From assembly GCA_965208575.1 (NCBI GenBank), contig CBDBOV010000005.1:32001-96000 (forward strand): a DNA stretch of 64,000 bases. The letters are read 5' to 3'. Under the pieces are notes generated by a model, which was given only the letters and a program-made list of their open reading frames with translations, searched no databases and had not been told where the DNA came from. Numbering within the stretch: the first letter of the stretch is position 1; each line of letters starts with the position of its first letter. This document shows positions 10,045 to 19,594 of this stretch, in pieces. A program made the translations under genes and the position numbers. Source of the stretch: Spirochaetia bacterium (lineage in GTDB: Bacteria; Spirochaetota; Spirochaetia; SZUA-6; Bin103).

Positions 10045-11115
10045 ATGGCACAAGAGACCCGCTACAGCTACGAAACGTTGCACGCGTTTTCCATCGCCGT
10101 CCTTACCGCCGCCGGGGCGCCCGGCAGCCACGCCAGGACGGTCGCCGACCACCTGATCGACGCCAACCTCGCCGGCCACGACTCGCACGGCGCGCACCGC
10201 CTGATGCAGTACACCGACGCCATCGACCAGGGCGGCATCGACCCGCAGGCGTCGCCGCGCACCGTGAGCGAGGGCACCACTACCGCCGTGCTCGACGCCA
10301 CCGGTGTGTTCGGCCAGGTGGCCGGCCTTGCCGCCACCGAGCTTGCCGTCGCCAAGGCCTCCGAGCACGGCACCGCCGTGGTCGGGGTACGCGGCGCCAA
10401 CCACGTCGGCCGCGCCGGCGTGTATGCGCTGAAGATGGCGGATGCCGGGCTGGTCGGGCAGGTGTTCTGCAGCGGGCGCGGCGCCGGCATCGTGGCGCCG
10501 TGGGGCGGCACCACGCCGCTGTTGTCCACCAACCCGATCGCGGTGGCGGTACCGACCGCGGGCGAGCCGATCCTGGTCGACATCACCACCAGCGTCACCG
10601 CCGAGGGCAAGGTGCGGGTGGCGCGCTTCGCCGGCAAGGAGCTGGCGCCCGGACAGATCCTGGACCGCGACGGCAACCCGTCGACCAGACCCGACGATCT
10701 GTACAACGGCGGCTCGATGCTGCCGCTCGGCGGCCTCATGGGCCACAAGGGCTACGGCCTGTCGGTGGTGGTGGATCTGCTCGGCGCCCTGCTCACCGGC
10801 GGCAGCGCCGGCGGCGAGCGCGGCGGCGGCTTCTCCAACAATCTCACCCTGTGGGCCGCGGACCCGGACGCGCTTGGCGGCCGGGAGACAATGGAGGAGC
10901 TGCAGAGCCAGTACTTCGCGATGCTCAAGTCGTCGAACCGGCAACCGGGGGTGGAGGAGATCCTGCTGCCCGGAGAGCCGGAGTTGCGCACAACCGCCGC
11001 TCGCCGGCGCGACGGCCTGCCGCTGGACGCCGGTACCGTATCGGGGCTCGACCAACTCGCTACCCGTCTCGGCGTGCCGCCGCTCGGCAGCCAGGCGCTG
11101 AAGAAAGAGGGGTAA
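10045..11115 (+). CDS. Ldh_2-family (type 2 malate/L-lactate) oxidoreductase
   Basis: GHDSHG, NHVGR, LSTNPIA, GHKGYGL, ILLPGE. Confidence 0.92.
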   Translation: MAQETRYSYETLHAFSIAVLTAAGAPGSHARTVADHLIDANLAGHDSHGAHRLMQYTDAIDQGGIDPQASPRTVSEGTTTAVLDATGVFGQVAGLAATELAVAKASEHGTAVVGVRGANHVGRAGVYALKMADAGLVGQVFCSGRGAGIVAPWGGTTPLLSTNPIAVAVPTAGEPILVDITTSVTAEGKVRVARFAGKELAPGQILDRDGNPSTRPDDLYNGGSMLPLGGLMGHKGYGLSVVVDLLGALLTGGSAGGERGGGFSNNLTLWAADPDALGGRETMEELQSQYFAMLKSSNRQPGVEEILLPGEPELRTTAARRRDGLPLDAGTVSGLDQLATRLGVPPLGSQALKKEG

Positions 11116-11201
11116 GAAACCTCAATTGCGCCGCGTCATAGGTTCGGACCGGGGCGCACACGGTGATGTACGCCCATAAACCAATTCATAAGGAGCATAA
11201 T

Positions 11202-11789
11202 ATGCGCCGCAAATTTCTTGTTCTGATCGGGTTGGCCGTCGTGCTGGCCGCCCAGCCGCTGTTCGCCGCCAAGTTCAAGGTGGACCATGCCCACACCAAC
11301 GTGGGTTTCAGCGTCAAGCACATGGTGGTGGCCAAGACCACGGGGTCGTTCAACGACTTCACCGCCAGTCTTGAACTCGATCCCGCCGACATGTCGTCAT
11401 TCACGGTTATGGCCACCATTCAGGCGGCAAGCATCGACACCAACAACGACCGGCGCGACAACCACCTGCGCAGCGCGGACTTCCTCGACGTCGCCAACCA
11501 CCCGACCATCACCTTCGCGAGCTCCAAGCTGAGCACGATGGACGGCAAGCACGTGTTGCACGGCGACCTTACCATTCGCGGTGTCACGCAAGCGGTGGAA
11601 ATCCCGATCGAGATCGTCGGTCCGGTGATGGCCATGGGCAACACCGTCGTCGGCTTCGCGGGCCACCTGACCATCAACCGTCATGACTACGGTGTGGCCT
11701 GGAGCCGGACGCTCGACAACGGCGGCCTGGTCGTGGCCGACGAGGTGGAGATCGAGGTAAACGGCGAGTTCATCATGGAGAGCATGTAG
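11202..11789 (+). CDS. YceI-family periplasmic polyisoprenoid-binding protein
   Basis: Signal peptide; DHAHTNVGFSVKH, SIDT...RDNHLRSADF, GDLTIRGVT; AAGGAG RBS. Confidence 0.95.
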   Translation: MRRKFLVLIGLAVVLAAQPLFAAKFKVDHAHTNVGFSVKHMVVAKTTGSFNDFTASLELDPADMSSFTVMATIQAASIDTNNDRRDNHLRSADFLDVANHPTITFASSKLSTMDGKHVLHGDLTIRGVTQAVEIPIEIVGPVMAMGNTVVGFAGHLTINRHDYGVAWSRTLDNGGLVVADEVEIEVNGEFIMESM

Positions 11790-11811
11790 CTCACCGACTC
11801 CGAATCTGCCC

Positions 11812-11848
11812 GAGACGGCGCGTCCAACAACGGCGCGCCTCTTTTTTT
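11812..11848 (+). terminator. Probable intrinsic terminator of the YceI gene
   Basis: Imperfect GGCGCG...CGCGCC stem followed by a T7 tract. Confidence 0.6.
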
Positions 11849-11880
11849 GCCCGGACGCCCACCCGATTGCGGCTGGCGGC

Positions 11881-13053
11881 TCAGCCTGCCGACAGGCGCC
11901 GTTCAAGCGGCGTACGGAAGCGCGGAGTTACCACGGCGCCGGCCAGCCACTCCTCGAGGCGCGCGGCCTCGTCCGCGACTTGGTCGCGCGCAGCCGGCGC
12001 CACCGGTTCCAGCAGTTCGAACACCACCCGACCGTCGCGCCGCTGTCCCCAGCCGCCGACCACCCGGCCGTCCAACCAGACCGTCGGCCCCGCGTTGCCG
12101 TTGCGGTCGAACAACTGACCGGCGTGGCCACCGAGATACCAGGCGCGTTCCTTCCAGCCCATTACGGTAGGGTCGAGCCCCGGCAGCAACGCCACCCAGC
12201 TTGCGACCGGCGGCGCCGGCAGGCGATCGCCGGTGGCCACAAAGCCGGGGCCGTCATCCAGCTCCACCGGCTCCGCCCCGCAGGCGGCCAGCGCGTCCTT
12301 GGCGCGGCGCATCGTCCAACCGCTCCACCAGGTGACGTCGGTCATGGTGACCGGGCCGCAGGCGGTCAGCCAGCGGTGCAGGAGCCGCGCCCGTGCGGCC
12401 GCCGGGTCGAGATCGGGGAATCGGGCGCCCAGCCAGTGCGCGGTCGCCGCCCAGCGGTACTGGCTGGAGATCCAGGTTCCGCGCGGGCGCGCGCGCACGA
12501 TGAGCCCCTCGCTCGCGAGCAGGAACAACACGCGGGTCGAGACGCCTACCGTGCCGGCCCACGAACGCCCGGCGCCGAAGCTCAACCTTTCGGCCAGCTC
12601 CGGCACGTCCGCGGTCAACTCCCGTGCGGTGGCCTCGCCACGCGCCGCGAGTGCCGCGAGAGTGCGTTCCTGAACGCCCCGCAGCCACGCCTCGGGGGCC
12701 GCGGCTATCCCCTGGTCTCCCAGCAGGCGCAGCAGGCGGCGCCGCTCGGCCGGCGCCAGATCGCGCGTGCAGGCGGCGTCGACCACCGCCGCCAGGTCGC
12801 GCGGCAGCACGAACATGGTGCGCCGCATGCCCAGCACCCGCACCAGGTTGCGCGCCTCGTACAGCGCCGCCTCGAGGTGCGCCACGCGAAACCCGCGCAC
12901 CCGGGCGCGCGCCGCCAGGTACACGGTAACCGGGTCGCTGGAATGCAGCCCGGCCAGGTCGGCGCTGACCTGTTCCACGGTGTGGGCCGGCACCGCCAGG
13001 TGGTGGCGCACCGCAAGCCGCGCGCGCCGCTCGGCTACCGTGATGCGCCCGAT
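11881..13053 (-). CDS. AlkZ/HTH_42-like winged-helix DNA-binding protein (putative DNA glycosylase); start uncertain
   Basis: LHSSDP, LGMRRTMF, GPVTMTDVTWWSGW, LLPGLDPTVMGWKER, PTVWLDGRVVGGW. Confidence 0.85.
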   Translation of the reverse strand: MGRITVAERRARLAVRHHLAVPAHTVEQVSADLAGLHSSDPVTVYLAARARVRGFRVAHLEAALYEARNLVRVLGMRRTMFVLPRDLAAVVDAACTRDLAPAERRRLLRLLGDQGIAAAPEAWLRGVQERTLAALAARGEATARELTADVPELAERLSFGAGRSWAGTVGVSTRVLFLLASEGLIVRARPRGTWISSQYRWAATAHWLGARFPDLDPAAARARLLHRWLTACGPVTMTDVTWWSGWTMRRAKDALAACGAEPVELDDGPGFVATGDRLPAPPVASWVALLPGLDPTVMGWKERAWYLGGHAGQLFDRNGNAGPTVWLDGRVVGGWGQRRDGRVVFELLEPVAPAARDQVADEAARLEEWLAGAVVTPRFRTPLERRLSAG

Positions 13054-13195
13054 GGCGGCCGCCCTCCCGCCGGCACTCCGGCCGCCACTCCGACCCGAAT
13101 TGCATTGTCGTACACGGAACGGTAGGGTAGACGCGAGGGCTCCGAGAGGTCTACGTCGGGCGCCCCGCGACCGTGAACTGAAGGAGTCACACAAG

Positions 13196-14338
13196 ATGGC
13201 AAGCCCACCGACCGTGTTCGCCGCCGATGAGGCACAGCAGACCTACGCCGCCAGTTACGCGTCGGACGGGTATCTCCTGGTCCGCGGCCTGCTCGATCCC
13301 GAGCGCGACCTCGCACCGCTCAAGAAGTCCTATACCAGCCTGATCGACGCGATGGGATACGTCTACCTGTCCGAGACCCTCCCCGATGCGCTGCGCGATT
13401 ACGCCGCACAACCGTTTCCGCACCGCTTCGCCACCATGCTCGGCGCCAGCGGCGGCCTCGGGCTGCACCACCTCGACCCGGTGCTGAACATCTTCGTGGA
13501 CCACTTCCAGTACCGTCGCGACCTGCCGAGTTCGCAGATTCCCGAGATGTTTGCCTGCATCCGCCACAGCCGCGTGCTCGACGTGCTCGAGGCGTTGCTC
13601 GGGCCGGAGGTTCTGGCATCGCCGATCTACCACGTCAACGTGAAGCTGGCGCAGCGCCACCTTCAGGAAGTGGAAGCGGTGGCCAAGGCAAGCGGACAGG
13701 ACAATCCCACCCTGGAGAAGTTCTACAACTTCCAGGTGGGCGCGACCCACTGGCACATGGACGCCGTCTCGGGCCTGTCCGACTCGCACCACAGCCGCAT
13801 CGCGAATGCATGGATCCCGCTTACCGAGGCGACACCCGACAACGGCTGCCTGATGGTCGTGCCCGGCAGCCATACCGGCGAAGTGGGCGACCCGGAGAAC
13901 GCGGATGACGCAACCGAGGACGCGGTGACGCTGCCGATGCGGCCGGGCGACGTGCTGTTCCTGGACAACAAGGTGCTGCACAGTTCGACGCCCAACACCA
14001 GCGACGGCGATTACCGCTGGGCGTTCAACTTCCGCTACGTGCAGGCGGGGCAGACGGCCGGACGTCCCTTCCTGCCCGGCTTCGTGGCGCGCAGCCGGTC
14101 CGCGCCCGAGAGCGAACTGCACAATCCATTCGTGTGGAGCACGATGTGGGATCGTGCCTTGACCTACCGCGTGGAGCACGGCGCGCCCTACTCATACGGC
14201 GCGCTGCGCGATGGGGAGGTGAGCGAGAACCAGGCGCGGGCGATCACCGAGCACTGGCGCCGCCGTGCGCCTGACCCGCGCGGCTGGCTGCGCCTGGAGC
14301 AGGCCGACGACGCCCCGCTGCCGGCCGTGAGCTGGTAG
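13196..14338 (+). CDS. Phytanoyl-CoA dioxygenase (PhyH) family Fe/2OG dioxygenase
   Basis: WHMD, WIPL...NGCLMVVPGSH, GDVLF...LHSS...R; AAGGAG RBS. Confidence 0.9.
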   Translation: MASPPTVFAADEAQQTYAASYASDGYLLVRGLLDPERDLAPLKKSYTSLIDAMGYVYLSETLPDALRDYAAQPFPHRFATMLGASGGLGLHHLDPVLNIFVDHFQYRRDLPSSQIPEMFACIRHSRVLDVLEALLGPEVLASPIYHVNVKLAQRHLQEVEAVAKASGQDNPTLEKFYNFQVGATHWHMDAVSGLSDSHHSRIANAWIPLTEATPDNGCLMVVPGSHTGEVGDPENADDATEDAVTLPMRPGDVLFLDNKVLHSSTPNTSDGDYRWAFNFRYVQAGQTAGRPFLPGFVARSRSAPESELHNPFVWSTMWDRALTYRVEHGAPYSYGALRDGEVSENQARAITEHWRRRAPDPRGWLRLEQADDAPLPAVSW

Positions 14339-14358
14339 GCGGGCCAAAGGAGCATCCC

Positions 14359-14937
14359 TTGTTCAACCCGATTCTCAGGACGGTGTCGGAGCAGCGCATG
14401 GTGTACTCGACGTCGTCCGGCTTTCGCGTCGTGTTCGCGCTCATCGCGGGATTCCTGGTCTTCAGTTCACAGGGGCAGCCGGGCGTCATCCTGATCATCC
14501 TGATCGCGCTGAGCCTGCTCGGTGCGCTGTACCTGGAGCGGTGGGTGTTCGACAAGGACGCCAACATGTTCGAGAAGAATGTCGGCCTCCTGTTCCTGCA
14601 CACCCGCAAGCAGCAGCCGCTCGACCATCTGACCAAGATTGTGCTGCGCGAGGTGGGCCCCTCCTACCAGGACCGCCCGCGCATGATGAAGGCGGTGTCG
14701 CGGCAGGCGGCGATTCTGGCGATTGTCGACCAGTCCGGCACCAATCACGGTCTGGACATGATCAAGGGTTCCTCGCTGCGGGAGGCGCGCGATTCGGCGC
14801 AGAAGCTGGCGAAGTTCTGCGACATCCCGTTCGAGGACCTGGTGCCCCAGGAAGAGACGGACGTGCAGCAGCCTCCCAAGCCGCCACGGCAGCGCCCGGC
14901 CGGCCCCCCCCAACAGCCGCCCGGCCCCACGGCCTGA
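14359..14937 (+). CDS. Hypothetical membrane protein (two TM helices, Pro/Gln-rich tail)
   Basis: AAGGAG RBS before TTG; strong GC3 bias; two hydrophobic segments. Confidence 0.75.
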   Translation: MFNPILRTVSEQRMVYSTSSGFRVVFALIAGFLVFSSQGQPGVILIILIALSLLGALYLERWVFDKDANMFEKNVGLLFLHTRKQQPLDHLTKIVLREVGPSYQDRPRMMKAVSRQAAILAIVDQSGTNHGLDMIKGSSLREARDSAQKLAKFCDIPFEDLVPQEETDVQQPPKPPRQRPAGPPQQPPGPTA

Positions 14938-15046
14938 CCGCGCGGACGACCAGCACCACGGCCCGCCGCTGCGCCGGCGGCCGGGCCACGGAACCGGCCC
15001 AAGAGCACGCGAACGGCGCCGCCGGCAGACGGCGGTTTTCGGGACG

Positions 15047-16729
15047 CTAGCCGGGCAGCCAGGCTCCGGGGGCGATGCCGTCGAGGTGGGTCTTCACGTC
15101 CACCACGGCCGGCTGGCCGGAGGCGAACGCCGCATCGAGGGCGCCGCGCAGTTCGCCGATGTGGTTCACGGTGATCCCGAAGCATCCCATCGAACGGGCA
15201 ATGCCGGCGAAGTCGGCGTCGGGGAAGATCCACAGGTCGTCGGAGCCGGGCGTCTGGCCGCCGTAGACCGACTCGTTGCCGCCCTTCTCCTGGTTCAGGG
15301 AGTGGTTGTTGTTGACCACCGTCACCGTGTTCAGGTTGTACTTGAACGCCGTCTCCAGCTCCGCGATGTGATACCAGATGCCGCCGTCGCCGGTGAAGCA
15401 TACCACTGGGCGGTCGGGGGCCGCGCACTTGGCGCCCATCGCCGCCGGCAACCCCCAGCCGAGCGAGCCCGCGCAGCGGATGAAACTCTGGCCGGGATGG
15501 GGCAGGTCGAGCATGGTGCCGGTCCACACCCCGGAGTGGCCGGTGTCGGACACCAGGATCACGTCCTCGGGCAGGTAGGCGGACAACTCGCCGCACAACC
15601 GCTCCGGCCGCATCGGCTCGATGTCCGACTCCCACACGTCGCGCACCTGTTCCTTCCACGCCGCCACCAGCTCCTGCACACGCGCTACCCACGCCGAGCG
15701 GTCGGGCGCGGCGCCGCCTGCCTCGGCGGCGCCCAGCATGCGGCGCAAGGTGTTGCGCACGTCGCCCTGCAGCCCCACGTCGAGCGCGTAGTTGCGGCCC
15801 AGTTCCTCGGCATTGATGTCGAGCTGCATGACCGGGGTGCCCTGCGGCGGGATACGGTAGCCGTGGGTGACCTGGCCGCCGGCGTGGCTGCCGATGAAGA
15901 ACACCAGGTCCGCCTCGCACAAGATGCGGTTGGAACACTCGCGCGAGTAGTTGCCCGGCGTGCCCACCGCCAGCGGATGATCGGGCGGGAACATCGCCTT
16001 GGCGTTCAGCGCGGTGGCCACCGGAATCGACAGTTTCTCGGCAAACGCGATCAACTCGGCGCGGGCATCGGAAGCGGTCACGCCGCCGCCGGCCACGATC
16101 ACCGGCCGCTCCGCCTGGGCGAGCCGGTTCAGGGCCTGCGCGATCTGGTCGCCGTCCGCCTCCGGGCGGAACGCCGGCACGCGCGTGAATGGCTCCTCGA
16201 TAATCACCTCCAGGTCCGCCTCCCGGTCGAACACCGCCTGCCCGGCGAGGCCGTCCAGGTCGAGGTGCGCCGGCCCCGGCGTGCCGGTGGTGGCGGCACG
16301 GAACGCCTGCCGCAGGCGGATCCCCAGCAGGTCCGGGGTGCGCACCGAGGCACTGTACTTGGTCACCGTCGTGAACGGCCTGACGTGGTCCACCTCCTGG
16401 TAGGCGTGGCGCTGCTGGTTGATCGGCAGTTCGCGGCCGGTCAGGGCGATCACCGGCGAGCAGGCCAGATACGCATCCTGCAGCCCGGCCGCCAGGTTCA
16501 CCGCGCCCACCGACTGTGCCATGCACAGGCTCGGTGCGCGCTTGACGCGGGCGTAGGCGTCCGCCATGTAGGCGGCGGCCTTCTCGCCGTGGGGCTGAAT
16601 GCGCTGCATGCCGAGCTTCTCCATCTCCATCAACGTCCGGGGGCCGATGAACGGCATGAAGAACACATGCGTAATCCCATATCCATGCGCCATTTCGGCG
16701 GTAAAACGAGCACCAGTCATAGTTGCCAT
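15047..16729 (-). CDS. Thiamine-pyrophosphate-dependent enzyme (acetolactate synthase large-subunit-like)
   Basis: HGEKAAAYMADAYAR, GSLGWGLPAAMGA, TPP motif GDGG...VNNN. Confidence 0.93.
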   Translation of the reverse strand: MATMTGARFTAEMAHGYGITHVFFMPFIGPRTLMEMEKLGMQRIQPHGEKAAAYMADAYARVKRAPSLCMAQSVGAVNLAAGLQDAYLACSPVIALTGRELPINQQRHAYQEVDHVRPFTTVTKYSASVRTPDLLGIRLRQAFRAATTGTPGPAHLDLDGLAGQAVFDREADLEVIIEEPFTRVPAFRPEADGDQIAQALNRLAQAERPVIVAGGGVTASDARAELIAFAEKLSIPVATALNAKAMFPPDHPLAVGTPGNYSRECSNRILCEADLVFFIGSHAGGQVTHGYRIPPQGTPVMQLDINAEELGRNYALDVGLQGDVRNTLRRMLGAAEAGGAAPDRSAWVARVQELVAAWKEQVRDVWESDIEPMRPERLCGELSAYLPEDVILVSDTGHSGVWTGTMLDLPHPGQSFIRCAGSLGWGLPAAMGAKCAAPDRPVVCFTGDGGIWYHIAELETAFKYNLNTVTVVNNNHSLNQEKGGNESVYGGQTPGSDDLWIFPDADFAGIARSMGCFGITVNHIGELRGALDAAFASGQPAVVDVKTHLDGIAPGAWLPG

Positions 16730-16858
16730 AACGTGTTGTGCGACAGTAGCCGAACCGTCCCTCCCTGTAAACACGGCAATTCCGCGGTGCGCGGCCGCCG
16801 TGACGGTGGCGCAAGCGTTCCTTGACCTCGATTGCCGTCCGGTGGATCATCCCCTCCA

Positions 16859-19417
16859 ATGAGCGACAGCCCCTCCCGCACCGCAACCGACGGCCGGCCT
16901 CCGCTGGCCGGCATCCGCGTGGTCGATTTCGGCCACTACCTCGCCGGACCACTAACCGGCATGCTGCTCGCCGACCAGGGCGCCGAGGTGATCAAGGTCG
17001 ACCGTCCCGGACACCCCTCCCGCGCCACGCCCGCCGGGGCGGTGCTCAACCGCGGCAAGCAGGTAGTCGAACTTGACCTGAAGAGCGATGCCGGGCGCGA
17101 GGCCGCGCAACGCCTGGTGGCCGCGGCCGACGTGTTAATCGAGAACTTCCGGCCCGGCGTGATGGACCGGTTGGGGCTGGGCGCCGCGGCCATGACGGCA
17201 GCGCACCCGCACTTGGTGTACCTCTCCCTGCCCGGCTTCGCAGCCGGCGAGAAACGCGCTTCGATGCGCGCCTTCGAGGGCGTGCTCAACGCGGCCACCG
17301 GCGTGTACACCGACCTGCACTCGATCCGCCGCGCGCTGCACGCGCCGCCGCAATACACGCCGATCCCGCTGGCCTCCGCCTACGGCGCGGTGCACGGCGC
17401 CATCGCCGTGGCCATGGCGCTGTACGCGCGCGAGGAGCGCGGGCGCGGGGAGGCGATCGAGGTGCCGCTCGCCGGCGCCGCGATGTCGGCCATGGGCGCC
17501 TTCCTGCTGCGCGTGGCCGATGCGCCGGCGCGCTACGGCAAGCGCCGCAACCCCACCAACGACGGGCTGCGCGAACAGATGCGGCACGCCGATGCGGACG
17601 AGCGGCGCCGGCTGATCGATGCGCAGCGTCGGTGGCTGCCGGTCATGTTCGACAGCTACCAGGCGGGCGACGGCCGCTGGGTGTTCCTGCTCGCCGGCAA
17701 CAGCAGTCGCAACTCGGTACAGCTCAGCAAGGCGCTCGGCATCTACGACGCCCTGATCGCCGACGGCATGGTCGACCTGCCGCCCTGGCCCGACCTCACG
17801 CGCCCCAACAACATCCAGGATGTCGATGGCCTGTCGCGCGAGTACCGGAAGCTCGTTCGCGACCGCATGACCGCCGCCTTCCGGCAGAAGCGCGCGCACG
17901 ACTGGACGCCGATCATGCGCGCGCATGGCGTGCCGTTCAGCGTGCACCGCAGCACGCAGGAGTGGCTGCATGCGCCGGAAACCGACGCCGCCGCGTTGAC
18001 CGTGGAGGTGGACGACCCGGCGCACGGCGCGATCCGCCAGTTCGGCGTGCAGACTTCGCTGGGCCGTACCGCCCGGGAGTGGCATGTGCCGCGTCCGGCC
18101 CGGGCCGTCGACCTCACCGCCCTGCTGCGGAATCTCCCGGAGGCGTCTGCAAACGGCACCGGCGCCGGCGGAAGCGCCGCCCGCGCCGATGGGACGCCGC
18201 CACCGATTCTCGCCGACATCAAGGTGCTGGACCTGTCCACGGTGCTGGCCGGACCCTGCTGCGCCCGGACCCTGGCGGAGTACGGCGCCGACGTCATCAA
18301 GATCGATTCGCCCAACCCCTACTTCCTGCCCTCGACCGCATGCTATCTGCACCTCGAGGTAGGCCAGGGCAAACGCAGCATGATCCTGGACCTCAAGCAG
18401 GTAGCGGGCAAACGGCTGTTCGAACAGCTCGCGGCCGGCGCCGACGTGATCGTGCACAACTTCCGGCCCGGCGTGGCCGAGCGCCTCGGCATCGACCATG
18501 CCAGCCTGGCGCGCATCAATCCCGGCATCGTGTATCTCAACCTGACCGCGTTCAATGGTCCGCGCCGCGGGCCGTGGACCGAGTTGCCCGGCTTCGACCC
18601 GGTGCTGCAGGCCGCCACCGGCATCCAGCAGCGCTACGGCGGCCCCGACGGGCCGCCCGAGTTGCACGGCTTCGCCTCCTGCATCGACTACATCACCGGC
18701 TACTCGGGCGCCTACGGCATCGCGCTTGCCCTGCTGCGCCGCAAGCGCGAGGGCGGCGGCGACCTGGTGTTCACTTCCCTGGCGCAGGGCGGGCAACTGG
18801 TGCAGGCGCCGTTCGTATGGGCCACCGCCGATGCCCTGCCCGACGACGGCCCGCACGGCCAGGAGGTGCTGGGCAAACACTCGCTGGAGCACCTGTACCG
18901 CGCCGCCGACGGCTGGCTCGTGCTCACCGGCCTGCCCGAGGACCTGCCGCGGCTGCGCGACGTCCCCGGCCTGGCGGCGGCCCCGGTCGCCGCGGACCAG
19001 GATGCGGAACGCATCGCCGCCCTGCGGGCCGCCATCGCCGAACATCCGGCGGCCCACTGGGAGCAGGCATTTTCCGCCGCCGGCTTCGGCTGCCACCGCG
19101 TCGACTACATCGAAGACATACGCCGCACCGGCCTGCGCGAGATCACCGACGCCGAACGCGCATCATGGAGCGAAGCCGAGTCGATCGCGGTGATCCGCCT
19201 TCTCGACCACCCGGCCGGCAGCGCGGTCGACAACCCGGCGCCCACCTACGCGCGCTTCGCCGGCACCGCGCTGCGCCTCGCCGACCCGATGCCCAAGGTC
19301 GGCGCCCACACCCGCGCCGTGCTGCGCGAGCTCGGCCACGACGACGCGCAGATCGACCGCTGGATCGCCGCCGGCGTCGCCGCCGAACAGCTCCACGACG
19401 CCTACCTCCCCCACTGA
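16859..19417 (+). CDS. Family III CoA-transferase (CaiB/BaiF) with two tandem domains
   Basis: Two copies of L-x-G/D-I-R/K-V-x-D...AGP...GA-E/D-VIK...NFRPGV. Confidence 0.92.
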   Translation: MSDSPSRTATDGRPPLAGIRVVDFGHYLAGPLTGMLLADQGAEVIKVDRPGHPSRATPAGAVLNRGKQVVELDLKSDAGREAAQRLVAAADVLIENFRPGVMDRLGLGAAAMTAAHPHLVYLSLPGFAAGEKRASMRAFEGVLNAATGVYTDLHSIRRALHAPPQYTPIPLASAYGAVHGAIAVAMALYAREERGRGEAIEVPLAGAAMSAMGAFLLRVADAPARYGKRRNPTNDGLREQMRHADADERRRLIDAQRRWLPVMFDSYQAGDGRWVFLLAGNSSRNSVQLSKALGIYDALIADGMVDLPPWPDLTRPNNIQDVDGLSREYRKLVRDRMTAAFRQKRAHDWTPIMRAHGVPFSVHRSTQEWLHAPETDAAALTVEVDDPAHGAIRQFGVQTSLGRTAREWHVPRPARAVDLTALLRNLPEASANGTGAGGSAARADGTPPPILADIKVLDLSTVLAGPCCARTLAEYGADVIKIDSPNPYFLPSTACYLHLEVGQGKRSMILDLKQVAGKRLFEQLAAGADVIVHNFRPGVAERLGIDHASLARINPGIVYLNLTAFNGPRRGPWTELPGFDPVLQAATGIQQRYGGPDGPPELHGFASCIDYITGYSGAYGIALALLRRKREGGGDLVFTSLAQGGQLVQAPFVWATADALPDDGPHGQEVLGKHSLEHLYRAADGWLVLTGLPEDLPRLRDVPGLAAAPVAADQDAERIAALRAAIAEHPAAHWEQAFSAAGFGCHRVDYIEDIRRTGLREITDAERASWSEAESIAVIRLLDHPAGSAVDNPAPTYARFAGTALRLADPMPKVGAHTRAVLRELGHDDAQIDRWIAAGVAAEQLHDAYLPH

Positions 19418-19426
19418 CCCGGCATT

Positions 19427-19594
19427 ATGGACGGCTGCCAACACATTCAGGAGACCGTTGTGCTGCTCAGGATCCTGGCGCTCGGCAACCGGCAGATCGA
19501 AGCCGGCCAGGTGCGGACCGCCGCCGATGTCGTGGCGCAGTTTCGGGACCGCCGCCGCGGGCAGCGCGGCGTGGAAGGGTGCGCGCATGGCTGA
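19427..19594 (+). pseudogene. C-terminal remnant of a Phd/YefM antitoxin
   Basis: Manual translation gives QETVVLLRILALGNRQIEAGQVRTAADVVAQFR, the Phd/YefM C-terminal pattern; the DNA-binding N-terminus and toxin are absent. Confidence 0.65.

Noticed and set aside
9928-11055. 1007-aa BVMO and 640-aa Ldh_2 ORFs as long overlapping genes
   Set aside because: Each extension is the antisense of the other gene; the real starts are 9927 and 10045.
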